63,226 nucleotides of DNA from Treponema sp. (GCA_031258305.1 JAIRNA010000097.1:1-63226); one strand, 5' to 3'; positions 48,065 through 58,806 are shown, numbered from the stretch's first letter. Translations and numbers: made by a program. Notes: generated by a model not told the origin, from the letters alone.

Positions 48065-49237
48065 ATGACCATACTCGGTATTTTTTTAATTAACGAAATC
48101 CGCACTGGCGGGGACCGTCGTTACCTCGAACTACTGGAACTGCTGGCGGAGCGTGGCAATCGCATTTTTGTTATCATGAACATATTTTTGAACTACACAC
48201 CGAAACATTTGACACAAATCAAGTTGCCAGTAAAATATGTCCGCCATAGGTTCCCGCCTGCGTCTTTCTTATTCTGTGAAAGCATAAAAAAGAATCTAGC
48301 TTTTATAAAAAACAAGATGGGAAACATGCAAAAGATTGATTTTATCCATATTCACGGGGATATTTACCTCAAATCTGCGATTTTTCTGAAAAAAGTCCTG
48401 CAAGTCCCGTTGTTTTACGCCTCACGGTGTAACGATGTGGACCGGGCGCGGATTTTGCGGGCAAAAGGCGGCTTATCACTCAAAGAATACCTTTTTTCGC
48501 TTGTGTATGAACTGGTCAACAGGTCGAGGGAACGACAAATCGCTCGTTTTGCGGACTTGGCAACATTTCAAAACGCCATTGACCGCGATATTTTCGTCAA
48601 GAGGACAAAATATCGCATAGAAAAGATTATCGTCATACCAGGCAACATCGGTTTACCGCGGTGCAAGCCGAAATGGGAAAACAAAAACACCTCGGAAAAG
48701 GTTCAAACCCTTGTCTACATCGGCTCCCTCTCTCCGTCAAAAGGATTCCTCGATCTGTTAAAAGCCCTCGCGGAACTGAAAGAACGTGGGTTCGGCGGTC
48801 TCCGCTGTTACATTCTCGGCAGAACAGAAAACACAGGGCAAACAAAGCGATTCATTGAAACTCTGAACATTCAGGAAATGGTTACTTTCGAGGGCTTTCA
48901 AGATCCATTTCCCTATCTTGCGCGGTGCGATATGCTGGTGTATCCTACGCTTTACGATGCGTATCCTGATACGGCGCTTGAAGCCCTCCATACAGGTTGT
49001 CCGGTGATTGGATCGCGGGTGGGTGGTTTACCAGATTTGCTCAAATACCCGGAGTTGCTTTTTGAAACAGGCGATATTCAGGAAATTGCAGACAGAATCG
49101 AAAAATGCATCAGAGAGCCAAAATTTTACCAGTGTATCCGTCGCTTATGTGCGGCACGGACTGAGGCTCACCATTTTGACTGGGCGGCGCAGTTTGAAAT
49201 GGCTATGAAAATTAAGAACAGGGAGTTGTATTGTTAG
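48065..49237 (+). CDS. Glycosyltransferase family 4 (GT-B)
   Basis: The C-terminal domain has YPTLYDAYPDTALEALHTGCPVIGSRVGGLPDLL (EX7E-type region). Confidence 0.8.
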   Translation: MTILGIFLINEIRTGGDRRYLELLELLAERGNRIFVIMNIFLNYTPKHLTQIKLPVKYVRHRFPPASFLFCESIKKNLAFIKNKMGNMQKIDFIHIHGDIYLKSAIFLKKVLQVPLFYASRCNDVDRARILRAKGGLSLKEYLFSLVYELVNRSRERQIARFADLATFQNAIDRDIFVKRTKYRIEKIIVIPGNIGLPRCKPKWENKNTSEKVQTLVYIGSLSPSKGFLDLLKALAELKERGFGGLRCYILGRTENTGQTKRFIETLNIQEMVTFEGFQDPFPYLARCDMLVYPTLYDAYPDTALEALHTGCPVIGSRVGGLPDLLKYPELLFETGDIQEIADRIEKCIREPKFYQCIRRLCAARTEAHHFDWAAQFEMAMKIKNRELYC

Positions 49238-49291
49238 GAATTTGGAGTTTGTCGCTAAACGTTCTCCCTCTCATAAAACAGGAGATAAATT

Positions 49292-50641
49292 ATGAACATA
49301 TCGGTAATCGGTACAGGCTATGTCGGTTCCGTGTCAGGCGCGTGTTTGGCTGACTTTGGAAACAGCATTATTTGCGTTGACAAAGACGCCTCAAAAATCG
49401 AGGCGCTGAAAAACGGTATCATCCCCATATTCGAGCCGGGTTTGGACGAAGTGGTGGATAGGAACGTCCGTGGCGGTAGACTGCGGTTTTCCACCGATTT
49501 GGCGGAAGCAGTGCGGAACAGCGATGCGGTTTTCATCGCTGTCGGTACCCCGCCTGCGGAAGACGGAGCCGCAGACTTGCGATACGTAGAAGAGGTCGCC
49601 CGTGAAATTGGACGCAATATCGGCCACTATACTGTCGTTGTGGATAAAAGCACGGTTCCCATCGGTACCGGGCGCAAAGTTGCAGGCTGGATACGGGAAG
49701 AACTGTTCCTACGGGGCGGGAATGTGGCGAAAACGCCTTTCGACGTCGTTTCCAATCCCGAATTCCTGCGCGAAGGCACGGCGATTTACGACTTTACTCA
49801 CCCGGACCGTGTAGTCATCGGCGCTGACAGTGAAAAAGCCCGCGCTATAATGAAAGAAGTCTACCGACCGCTCTACTTGAACGAAACGCCCTACATTGAA
49901 ACAGGTTTGGAATCCGCTGAAATGATAAAATACGCCTCAAACGCTTTTTTAGCGATGAAAATCACCTTCATCAACGAAGTGGCAAATCTGTGCGAAAAAT
50001 GCGGCGCAGATGTAAGAGACGTGGCAAAGGCCATAGGCAGAGATGGACGCATCGGCGGTAAGTTCCTACATCCCGGACCTGGCTACGGCGGCTCATGTTT
50101 CCCAAAAGACACGGCCGCAATGGTGCAAATCGCCCGCGCTTATGGAGAAACCCTGTCCCTCATTGAAACCACCATTGCGGCAAACGAGCGCCAAAAGGCG
50201 CGTATGGTTGACAAAATTACGGTAGAATTAGAGAAAAAAGGCAGAGTTACGGGCAAGACTATCGCTGTTCTAGGACTTGCATTCAAGCAGAACACGGACG
50301 ATATGCGGGAATCGCCGTCTATTCCCATTTGCGAAGGACTTGCGGCAAAGGGCATACATCTACGGGCTTTTGACCCGGAGGCGATGCGAGAGGCGGAATG
50401 GCGGCTTGCCTCCATTAAGGACAGGCTTGTTTTTTGCACTGATGAATACGCGGCCGCCACAGGAGCGGATGCTGTGGTGCTTATTACGCCGTGGAACCAG
50501 TTCCGCAACCTTGATTTGGCGCAGTTGAAGGCGGTTATGGGCGGTATAGACGAAACCCCTTGTTTTTTTGACCTCCGCAATATTTACAAGCGGGCGACTG
50601 TCGAGAATGCGGGCTTCGCGTATTTTGGGGTAGGGACGTGA
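49292..50641 (+). CDS. ugd: UDP-glucose 6-dehydrogenase
   Basis: MNISVIGTGYVGSVSGACLA Rossmann N-terminus and catalytic GGSCFPKD. Confidence 0.92.
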   Translation: MNISVIGTGYVGSVSGACLADFGNSIICVDKDASKIEALKNGIIPIFEPGLDEVVDRNVRGGRLRFSTDLAEAVRNSDAVFIAVGTPPAEDGAADLRYVEEVAREIGRNIGHYTVVVDKSTVPIGTGRKVAGWIREELFLRGGNVAKTPFDVVSNPEFLREGTAIYDFTHPDRVVIGADSEKARAIMKEVYRPLYLNETPYIETGLESAEMIKYASNAFLAMKITFINEVANLCEKCGADVRDVAKAIGRDGRIGGKFLHPGPGYGGSCFPKDTAAMVQIARAYGETLSLIETTIAANERQKARMVDKITVELEKKGRVTGKTIAVLGLAFKQNTDDMRESPSIPICEGLAAKGIHLRAFDPEAMREAEWRLASIKDRLVFCTDEYAAATGADAVVLITPWNQFRNLDLAQLKAVMGGIDETPCFFDLRNIYKRATVENAGFAYFGVGT

Positions 50642-50694
50642 GCTGTTAATTAAACACGGATCCACTCAAAACATATAGACCATCCGTTTCTGAA

Positions 50695-51129
50695 CTAGAT
50701 AAATTCCCCAGCCGTCCTGATTTCATCGCAATATTCACAACGGTACGTCCGTTGTTCCGCGCTTTCGAGATGAAAAATGTGGGAGACATAGGTTTCTGTT
50801 GATGTGATACACCGCGGGTTTTTGCAACGAAGCACGTTTTCCACCCGTTTTGGCAGGGAAAGTTGTATTTTTTCGCGGATAAGCTCGTTTTCAATGATGT
50901 TTACTGTTATGTTCGGGTCGATCAAACCTAAAATGTCGAAATTGATGGCGATAGTATTGTCAATCTTGATGATGTCTTTCCTGCCCATTTGCGAAGAAGT
51001 CGCATTGATAAGAAACGCCACCCTATCCGTCGTCTGGTCAAGACCCAGCCAGTTGAAAATCCTTATACCTTGTCCGGCTTTTATATGGTCCATGACAACG
51101 CCGTTTTTGATTTTCGGTATGTTTAACAC
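50695..51129 (-). CDS. pyrI: Aspartate carbamoyltransferase regulatory chain PyrI homologue, with no adjacent pyrB
   Basis: KIKNGVVMDHIKAGQG, GRKDIIKIDN and the Zn motif CKNPRCIT...CEYC parallel E. coli PyrI. Confidence 0.85.
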   Translation of the reverse strand: MLNIPKIKNGVVMDHIKAGQGIRIFNWLGLDQTTDRVAFLINATSSQMGRKDIIKIDNTIAINFDILGLIDPNITVNIIENELIREKIQLSLPKRVENVLRCKNPRCITSTETYVSHIFHLESAEQRTYRCEYCDEIRTAGEFI

Positions 51130-51286
51130 TTTGCCTCCATATTCCTAAAATAGGTGGTTCATCAAGCCAGTTTTCATGTCCATTCAAGTTTTTAACATTA
51201 TAGCAATGAGTATAGCGATAATAACGGGTCATGTCAAGCAAGGATTTTAGAGATTTCCGTATAAGGAAAATATGGTTTTTAAGATA

Positions 51287-51320
51287 GTCTGTCGATATTG
51301 TGTCTACCGTATCGACAGAC
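51287..51320. other. 11-bp-stem hairpin abutting the sbcC stop codon
   Basis: GTCTGTCGATA 51287-51297 pairs with TATCGACAGAC 51310-51320 around a 12-nt loop. No U-tract follows on either strand. Confidence 0.4.
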
Positions 51321-51321
51321 A

Positions 51322-54300
51322 CTAGCTCTGCACTATCCGCGACCCTTCTGCGCCCTTGACTATCTCGATGCGGCTTGAGATGCGGGAACGCAGGTCCCCC
51401 ACGTGGGAGATGAGTCCTACCATGCGTCTATCGCGTAACTCGTCCAATATACCCATAGCCTTGTCGAGGCTTGTCTCATCCAGACTACCAAAACCTTCGT
51501 CTATGAAAACCGCGTCCAGACGCACTCCCCCTGAGCGGGATTGTATGGAGTCGGCCAAGCCCAGTGCCAAGCTGATTGACGCCATAAAACTTTCGCCGCC
51601 GGAGAGTGTGGCGCAAGGACGGGTTTTGCCGGTGTAGGCATCAAACACCTCAAGGTCAAGTCCAGAAAACGCCCTCCCCCTGCTCCTGTCACGGTCTAGG
51701 AGTAGAGAATAGCGCCCTTCGCTCATTTTTTCGAGTCGTTTGCTGGCAAAACTCGCAATTTCCGCAAGATATTTTCCCAAAAGCCATGCCTCAAACGGAT
51801 GTCTTGTGCGATTTCTCCCTTCGATGTCGTCTTTTAAGCGGTTCAAAAGCTCGTTTTTCTTGTTCAAATCCGCCCATTGCGCCCGCTTTTCCCGTAAAAA
51901 AAATCCATCCCGTTCAATAGAGGCAAGTTCCACTTGAATATTGTCTCGTTCTAGTTGCAATTTCTCCTTTTCTGTGGCGGCTTCCGTCATTTTTGCGGTC
52001 ATTGTTCCTTCGTCCACAGCTTCATCGGTTTGGAAACTCGCCAAGCGGCTTTCTAATTCCTCTTTAAGCGACAAAAGCTGGGTCTGATCCCGCTTCCATT
52101 TGTCGATCTCCCGCTCAAAGCCCGCTTCTTTTTCCACGCTCAAAAGCGCGGCTTTAATCTCGCTCACAGAGGCAAAAGGAGAATTACCAATGGCTTCTTG
52201 TAAGCCAGAAGCCGCCTCTCCGAGTCGGCTTCTGGCGGATTCTTTTGAAGAAAGCGCTGAATTTTCTCGCGCCATTGCCGCAGAAAGCTCGTTTTGCGCC
52301 TTTTCTCGCTCATTACGGAAGTCGGTGCCCATCTTCTCGACGTGATTTAGGCGTGTTTCCACCTCTGCGAGCATTACCTCCACACTGCCTACGCCTTTTG
52401 ATGGAGCGAGTTTTTGTTCTAGCGCCGCTATTTCTTTATTAAGTACTATTTGCTTTTCCGTGGAAAGCGCTCGTTGCTTCTCAATGTCCACCATCCGCGT
52501 CTGAAGCGCGAATATCTCTTTGTAAAGAAGGGATAGTTTTTCGTGTGCTTGTTTTGCCAACCGCCGTTTATCCGTAACTGCATTGAGCTTCACGACCTGT
52601 TTCTTCAAAAGCGCGTCTATTTCATTTTTGTCAATTTTCTTGAATTTCTCAAATTCCTCATCATCCAATCCCTCATTTCTGAAAAATCCTGAATCCCTAG
52701 CTTTCTTGAAAAGATCGATAATTTGCCTTTGTATACGATGTAATTCCCTCGTTTTATTTTCCAAGTCTGTCTTGTGGATAGTCAACTCTTGTTCTGCGGC
52801 TTTCAGAGAATGACGGTGTGTTTCTATGCGTTCATCAATACCGAAAATACGTTCCGCGGCGGCCGCCACCTGCGGATGGTCGCGGCTCCCACATACCGGA
52901 CACGGTTCCCCTTTTTTAAGCGTCGCCACCAAATGTGCCGCCCTGTCCGCGTTCTCCGATGCTGTTTTTTTCGCTTCAAGGCGTTTCAGATCATCGGCAA
53001 GCACAGGAACATCCTTCTCAAGCTCGTTGAGACGCTTTTCCATGTCTTCAATCGCATTTTGAGCTATTCTTTCATCATTGAGGAGAGGTTCCATGTCTTG
53101 AGCGATGCTTTTTAAGCTCACAAGGCTGTCTTTTCTCGACCGCGCATCTTCAAAAAGCGCATCAAGGCTTTCAGTTTGGGAGTTGAGTGAGTCAAGCGTC
53201 TGAATTTCTTTGTCTCTTTCAGCAATTTCTTGTTCTAAAACGTCTTTTTGCGTGGTGAAATTACGTGTTTGTCTCTCTTCAGCGGCGATTTCATCTTTTT
53301 TTACAGAAATTACCTTTTCTTCGTCACGCATTTCCCGCAAGAGAGGCAGTTTTTCCCGTAAGGAGCGGCTTTCCTCCTCAAGGGCGTCTATTTCGGCGGC
53401 ACGTAGCTCAAGGTTATCAGTCTTTTGACGGGCAAGAGTAGCGTTTTTAAACGCCGTCTCCCATTCTTCGGAATAATGACTGAAAGTCTGCTGCGCCGCC
53501 TCTTCAAGGACGATGAATTGTCTCAAAGGCTGGGCTTTTCGGGACAGCGTAAGGGCATTTTCTTTATTTTTAATAGCGGATTCTTTGTCTTCAAGGGATA
53601 AAAGTTCTTGTTTTATCACCGAGAGTCGCTCCATGAGTCGTTTTTCTTCCTGCTTATTCTCGAGCTTCTTCTCAAGAGCAGTATAGTTTTCGGAAAGTTG
53701 TCTGATTTTTGTCTTTAGAAGAGATAGTTTTTCCGCATAACGGACTCTTATGTCGTCTAAATCATCTAAAGACAGGCGTTTAGCCACTTCTTCAATGGAA
53801 CCGCAGATTTGACGGGCTTGGTCTGTCGCGTTTTTTGCTTGGTTTGACACAATTTCCCGTATTCTTGCGGCATCATCCATCGGAAAGAGCTTGCCAAGTA
53901 CTTCTTTGCGTTTTGTGCTATTTTGGCGAAGGAATTCAGCAAATTCACCTTGGGGCAATAGCACAATCTTAAAAAATTCTTTAGCGTCAAGCCCAATGAC
54001 TCTTTTGATTTTCTCATCAGCTTCAGATTTTCTTGAACTTGCACTTTCCCATTTTCCTTTTTTTCTTTCGGAAAGAACCGCGCTTTCCCCTCGTTTCTTT
54101 GGTTTTTCTTGCTTGGGACTGCGTTCTATGCAAAAATGTCTTTCCCCAACCAAGAATTCTAGTTTAACGGAACATTCGCCGCCGTTCTCGCGTCCAAAGT
54201 CAGATTTGAGTCTTTGGAGGTACTCGTTACGTGCACCGGGGACCTCACCGTAAAGGGCAAAGCATATCGCGTCAAAGATAGTGGTTTTACCCGCACCAGT

Positions 54301-54402
54301 CTTACCTGTAATGAGGAATATGTCATTCAAGGCAGTAAAATCAAGGGATACTTTACCCGCGAAGGGTCCGAAATTTTCAAGATCGAGTTTGAGCGGTTTC
54401 AT
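51322..54402 (-). CDS. sbcC: SbcC/Rad50-family ATPase (exonuclease subunit C)
   Basis: LENFGPFAGK...ITGKTGAGKTTIFDAICFALYG Walker A, long coiled coils with a CPVCG zinc hook, and C-terminal LSGGE plus FIDEGFGSLD. Confidence 0.9.
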   Translation of the reverse strand: MKPLKLDLENFGPFAGKVSLDFTALNDIFLITGKTGAGKTTIFDAICFALYGEVPGARNEYLQRLKSDFGRENGGECSVKLEFLVGERHFCIERSPKQEKPKKRGESAVLSERKKGKWESASSRKSEADEKIKRVIGLDAKEFFKIVLLPQGEFAEFLRQNSTKRKEVLGKLFPMDDAARIREIVSNQAKNATDQARQICGSIEEVAKRLSLDDLDDIRVRYAEKLSLLKTKIRQLSENYTALEKKLENKQEEKRLMERLSVIKQELLSLEDKESAIKNKENALTLSRKAQPLRQFIVLEEAAQQTFSHYSEEWETAFKNATLARQKTDNLELRAAEIDALEEESRSLREKLPLLREMRDEEKVISVKKDEIAAEERQTRNFTTQKDVLEQEIAERDKEIQTLDSLNSQTESLDALFEDARSRKDSLVSLKSIAQDMEPLLNDERIAQNAIEDMEKRLNELEKDVPVLADDLKRLEAKKTASENADRAAHLVATLKKGEPCPVCGSRDHPQVAAAAERIFGIDERIETHRHSLKAAEQELTIHKTDLENKTRELHRIQRQIIDLFKKARDSGFFRNEGLDDEEFEKFKKIDKNEIDALLKKQVVKLNAVTDKRRLAKQAHEKLSLLYKEIFALQTRMVDIEKQRALSTEKQIVLNKEIAALEQKLAPSKGVGSVEVMLAEVETRLNHVEKMGTDFRNEREKAQNELSAAMARENSALSSKESARSRLGEAASGLQEAIGNSPFASVSEIKAALLSVEKEAGFEREIDKWKRDQTQLLSLKEELESRLASFQTDEAVDEGTMTAKMTEAATEKEKLQLERDNIQVELASIERDGFFLREKRAQWADLNKKNELLNRLKDDIEGRNRTRHPFEAWLLGKYLAEIASFASKRLEKMSEGRYSLLLDRDRSRGRAFSGLDLEVFDAYTGKTRPCATLSGGESFMASISLALGLADSIQSRSGGVRLDAVFIDEGFGSLDETSLDKAMGILDELRDRRMVGLISHVGDLRSRISSRIEIVKGAEGSRIVQS

Positions 54403-54464
54403 AGACTTATTATACACAGAAGGATCGATCACGTCTATACATAGGGTAAAATAAAGGTTGTAAC

Positions 54465-54550
54465 GGAGCGGGGTGAAAGTTTATTGGTGCAATATTTCTT
54501 GAAATTATAAATTATCAAGTTCTGAACAACAAACCTATTCCCCTCCTCCC
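54465..54550 (-). repeat. Intergenic hairpin element (instance J, infB|sbcC)
   Basis: Plus-strand GGAGCGGGGTG 54465-54475 and CCTATTCCCCTCCTCCC 54534-54550 flank an AT-rich core. Confidence 0.4.
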
Positions 54551-54560
54551 ATTTTTCATT

Positions 54561-57239
54561 TCACACAGGCGTCAGCTTCTTTGCTACTTCCACAATCTCG
54601 AACACTTCGAGATTGTCTCCGACTTGTACGCCGTCGAAGCCTTCGATACCCAAACCGCACTCAAAGCCGGCCGATACCTCTTTCACATCGTCTCTGAAAC
54701 GTCGCAGAGAGGCGATTTTACCGGAGTGAAGCTCTACGTTATCACGGATGAGGTGAACGCTGGCGCTCCGTTTAACCGTACCGGTGATCACGTAACAGCC
54801 CGCGATAACCCCAAATTTCGGAGTTTTGAATGTGTTCCTTACCTCAACTGTTGCAATGGTTTCCTCTTTCAGGTCAGGCTTAAGCATTCCTTCCATTGCC
54901 TGTTGCATCTCTTCGGTGGCTTTAAAGATAATGTTGTATTTACGGATATCAACCTTTTCTTGGTCAGCTAAGATTTTTGCCTTAGGCACGGGACGCACAT
55001 TGAAACCAATGATGATGGCCTTGGACGCAGCCGCAAGCTCTACATCACCTTCGTTGATTGCCCCAGGCAGGGCTTGTATGACATTGAGGCGTACCTCTTT
55101 TGTGGAGAGCTTTTCAAGGCTGGAACGGAGGGCTTCTGCGGAGCCTTGCACGTCGGCTTTAACGATAACCTTGAGTTCTTGAATATCGCCTTCAGAAATG
55201 GTGTCGTGGAGATTTTCAAGGGTGATTTTCTTGACATTCTTAGCGTCTTCAAATCGCTTGAGCTCCTTGCGTTTGGCGGATATTCCGCGGGCGAATTTTT
55301 CGTCATCAACTACTTGAAATGGATCGCCTGCATTAGGGATGCCTTCGTCAAAGCCGATGACTTCAACCGGCATCGCGGGAGTTGCTTCCTTGACGCGAAC
55401 GCCTTTGTCGTTGAACAGGGCGCGCACTTTTCCTGGCCAAATGCCCGCGACAAACGAATCGCCCACTTTGAGTGTACCTTTCTCGATGATGATAGTTGCC
55501 ACAGTGCCCCGACCTGGGTCAATGCGCGATTCAAGTACTTTGGCTTCAGCATTACGGTGGTAATCCGTCTGTAATTCTTGAATTTCCGCCTCGAGGAGGA
55601 TACTCTCAATAAGTTTTTCAAGTCCCAATCTTTTCAGTGCGGAAATTTCTACGAACATCGTCTGCCCTCCCCACTCCTCGGGCTGTAAGCTCAATTCTGA
55701 GAGTTGGGTCTTCACGCGGTCGATATTTGCATCTGGTCTGTCAATTTTATTGATTGCCACGATAATAGGGACATTTGCCTCATTTGCGTGGTTGATTGCC
55801 TCAATGGTTTGAGGCATAACCCCGTCGTTAGCCGCAACTACCAGCACGACAATATCCGTCACCTGTGCGCCCCGCGCCCGCATCCGCGTGAACGCTTCGT
55901 GTCCGGGTGTATCCAAAAAAGTGATTCTACCGCGCTCGGTTTCCACCATGTACGCGCCGATGTGCTGGGTGATACCGCCAAACTCGCCGTCAACCACATT
56001 GGCACTGCGAATAGCGTCCAAAAGCTTGGTTTTGCCATGGTCAACGTGTCCCATGACTGTGACAACCGGCGGACGGGGCGCCATATTGGCCGCTTCATCC
56101 GCCGGGGTTTCAATGACGGTCTCGTCGAAGAGACTAACAAGTTTCACGTCCGCGCCGTATTCTAACGCGAGCAGTCTAGCGGTGTCTGCATCTATTTGCT
56201 GATTGATGCTTACAAGCTGTCCCATAGACAGAAGCTTGGCGATAAGGTCAGCCGCACGGAGGTTCATCTTTTTCGCCAATTCAGCGACTGAAATCACCTC
56301 CATAATCTCGATGAGCTTTGGTACTGGGCTGGTGGAACGGATTATCTTCTTTTTGACAGGATGAGGTTTTTCCTCTCTCTCTTTTTCCTTCTCCTTGCGC
56401 GTATAAATCGGCTTTTTTGCCTTGAAAGAACGTTTTACCGGTGTCTTCGCATCAGAAGGAGACGGTGTTTGCGGAACTATGCCGGGCGCTGTTCTAGTCA
56501 CAAGAGGACGCAACGGCCTCTGAGCACCGAAGTTTTTGCCCTGCCGATTGTCAGATACACCCGGTTGTCTCGGATAACGCGGTCCATTGCTACGGACATT
56601 CCCCGAAGAGAAATCAGGCTTCCCTCCGCGCTCTTGAGGTCTTTCCGAAGAGATGCTGCCCCGTCCACCCGGACGCTGGTCGAAATGCTGACCACTCTGT
56701 TTTCCGCCGTTCCTGTTCCGCTGATGTGACTTGTTCTCCTGATGCGTTCTCGGACCAACATTTCGTCCACCAACCTTACCCGCGACAACATGAGGGCGTT
56801 CCTTTATTTGGAAGACGCGGACCGCTTTTGGATCGATTTTAACCGTAGTTTCCACAACATCCAGAGTTTCCGTCAGTTTATCCGTCAGTTTATCCGCGGA
56901 TCCAGGTTTTACTTTTTCCCGTCTTTTTTCCGTCTTAACCGATTCTTGAGAATGTTCCGACCGTTTCCCCATCTTTTCCGTTTTCTCAATTACGGGTTCA
57001 ATAGCGACCGGCACCGTGACCTTAGCTGTCGTAACGACTATCTTCGGTTGAAGTTTTTTAGTCAAAGGTTTTTTCTTTACCACAATCACTTTTCGACGTT
57101 CAACATGTTCATTTTCCACTGTTTTTTCCCCATGGACAGACTTATCCCCTTCACGTTCCACTTTACCTTTTTTCTCTATGGGACGACGTTTGATGAGTTC
57201 TGTCTTGGGCTCTTGTGTCTTTTCTAATTCCTCCGCCAT
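54561..57239 (-). CDS. infB: Translation initiation factor IF-2
   Basis: GTPase core [28 protein letters not shown], and a long basic N-terminal region. SD AAGGTGG. Confidence 0.97.
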   Translation of the reverse strand: MAEELEKTQEPKTELIKRRPIEKKGKVEREGDKSVHGEKTVENEHVERRKVIVVKKKPLTKKLQPKIVVTTAKVTVPVAIEPVIEKTEKMGKRSEHSQESVKTEKRREKVKPGSADKLTDKLTETLDVVETTVKIDPKAVRVFQIKERPHVVAGKVGGRNVGPRTHQENKSHQRNRNGGKQSGQHFDQRPGGRGSISSERPQERGGKPDFSSGNVRSNGPRYPRQPGVSDNRQGKNFGAQRPLRPLVTRTAPGIVPQTPSPSDAKTPVKRSFKAKKPIYTRKEKEKEREEKPHPVKKKIIRSTSPVPKLIEIMEVISVAELAKKMNLRAADLIAKLLSMGQLVSINQQIDADTARLLALEYGADVKLVSLFDETVIETPADEAANMAPRPPVVTVMGHVDHGKTKLLDAIRSANVVDGEFGGITQHIGAYMVETERGRITFLDTPGHEAFTRMRARGAQVTDIVVLVVAANDGVMPQTIEAINHANEANVPIIVAINKIDRPDANIDRVKTQLSELSLQPEEWGGQTMFVEISALKRLGLEKLIESILLEAEIQELQTDYHRNAEAKVLESRIDPGRGTVATIIIEKGTLKVGDSFVAGIWPGKVRALFNDKGVRVKEATPAMPVEVIGFDEGIPNAGDPFQVVDDEKFARGISAKRKELKRFEDAKNVKKITLENLHDTISEGDIQELKVIVKADVQGSAEALRSSLEKLSTKEVRLNVIQALPGAINEGDVELAAASKAIIIGFNVRPVPKAKILADQEKVDIRKYNIIFKATEEMQQAMEGMLKPDLKEETIATVEVRNTFKTPKFGVIAGCYVITGTVKRSASVHLIRDNVELHSGKIASLRRFRDDVKEVSAGFECGLGIEGFDGVQVGDNLEVFEIVEVAKKLTPV

Positions 57240-57258
57240 AAACCACCTTTCTCAAAGC

Positions 57259-57322
57259 GGGAATAGAGAATGGAGAACGTGGTATGAAAGTTTAATAATG
57301 TACTACCACCGTTCTCTACTCC
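57259..57322 (-). repeat. Intergenic hairpin element (instance K, nusA|infB)
   Basis: Plus-strand GGAGAACGTGGTA 57272-57284 pairs with TACCAC(C)GTTCTC 57304-57316 (12 bp plus one bulge). A second pyrimidine/purine block allows an alternative GGAGTAGAG/CTCTATTCC pairing. Confidence 0.55.
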
Positions 57323-58795
57323 TTATTCCTCGTCTTCGTATTCAAAACTTAAGCCGATACCGCAATTCGGGCAACTGGTCATATCGAGTGTTATTTTAGC
57401 ACCGCATTTTGGACATTCGTATTCTTCGACTTCGGCCTCTTCGAAGAGAGGATCCTCAACCTCTTCCTCTACAATGTCCACGTACTCTTCTATCAGTTTG
57501 TTCAACGTGTCAAGCTGTTCCTGAGACAGGTTGAATTTCTCACTCTGTTCCTGAGGACTCAACGCTATGAAATCCTCAATATAATCCGCCCCCTTGTTCT
57601 TGACTTCGGTGGAGACCTGCGGGTCTACACCGGGCAGTTCCGAAATACGAGAATATTCTTCGACTTCGCTGAACAGTTCGGACACAGCGCGCCGAGATTC
57701 GGAAGCGATGTCCATCTGGGCGAACTGGGTTTCAGTCTTGACATCAATACTCCAGTCAACGAGCTTATTGGCGAGTTTCACGTTGTTACCTTGTTTACCA
57801 ATAGCAAGGGATAATTGAGAATCATTCACAACCGCTAGGGCCTGATGCTTGTATTCATCAAGGATGACGACTTCCCGTACTTCCGCGGGTGAAAGCGCAT
57901 TCTTTATAAAGAGCGCGGGATCTACTTCATATTTGAGGATGTCTATCTTCTCCCCTTCCAGCTCCTTGATGATGGACTGTATCCTCACGCCTTTGAGTCC
58001 AACACACGCGCCTACAGGATCGACATCTTCCTTATTTGAGTAGACTGCAATTTTCGTTCTATATCCGGGCTGTCTGACGATGCGGTGAATCTCAACGGTT
58101 TTGTCGTAGATTTCCGGTATTTCAAGCGTCAGAACCGCCCGCACGAAATCCGTATGGGTACGTGAAAGCGTTACCTGCAAATCCGAGGAATTCTTCTTCA
58201 CGTCGTATATCAATGTCTTGATACGATCATTGACGTGGAAGTACTCCCGTGGAGATTGGTAACGTTTGGGAAGCAATCCTTCAACTTTGCCCAAATTGAC
58301 GTAAATATCACCGTTTCTTTCCCTTTGATAATACCCGATGATAATTTCACCTACTTTAGACTTGAATTCATCGTAAAGGCTGGAATTTTGAATAGTCCGT
58401 ATGGAGTGTCGTGCGGTTTGTTTCGCGCTGTGAATCGCGGCCCGGTCGAAATCCTTAGGGTTTATTTCAATAAGAAACTCGTCTCCTATTTCCGCTTCTG
58501 GACTCGATTTTCTGGCTTCCTCCAGAGATATTTCAAACACGGGATTCACATCCTCACCTTCTGCGACTATTTTCTTCTTCGCAAAAAGGGAAACCTTTTG
58601 ATCATCTGTGAATCGAACTACCGCGTTAGCCGGATTAGGCTCCTGTTTCCCGTTCACTAACCGCTTTTCAGGTATCTTATACTTGCGACGATACGCGGTT
58701 ATGAGGGTCTCCTCTATTGTCCGCAGAATATGTTCTTCAGACATACCGCGTTCTTGTTTGAGTTGAAAGACTGCTTCAGATACATCTATTACCAA
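57323..58795 (-). CDS. nusA: Transcription termination/antitermination factor NusA with a C-terminal zinc-ribbon extension
   Basis: S1 and KH domains (GACVGLKGVRIQSIIKELEGEKIDI). TTG start 7 nt after GGAGG. C-terminal CPKCG...CPNCG. Confidence 0.93.
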   Translation of the reverse strand: MVIDVSEAVFQLKQERGMSEEHILRTIEETLITAYRRKYKIPEKRLVNGKQEPNPANAVVRFTDDQKVSLFAKKKIVAEGEDVNPVFEISLEEARKSSPEAEIGDEFLIEINPKDFDRAAIHSAKQTARHSIRTIQNSSLYDEFKSKVGEIIIGYYQRERNGDIYVNLGKVEGLLPKRYQSPREYFHVNDRIKTLIYDVKKNSSDLQVTLSRTHTDFVRAVLTLEIPEIYDKTVEIHRIVRQPGYRTKIAVYSNKEDVDPVGACVGLKGVRIQSIIKELEGEKIDILKYEVDPALFIKNALSPAEVREVVILDEYKHQALAVVNDSQLSLAIGKQGNNVKLANKLVDWSIDVKTETQFAQMDIASESRRAVSELFSEVEEYSRISELPGVDPQVSTEVKNKGADYIEDFIALSPQEQSEKFNLSQEQLDTLNKLIEEYVDIVEEEVEDPLFEEAEVEEYECPKCGAKITLDMTSCPNCGIGLSFEYEDEE

Positions 58796-58806
58796 AATCC
58801 ATCCTC

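Noticed and set aside
50654-50690. Bidirectional terminator between convergent ugd and pyrI
   Set aside because: There is only a 6-bp stem (ACGGAT/ATCCGT) with a 20-nt loop and no clear U-tract. This is too weak to call.
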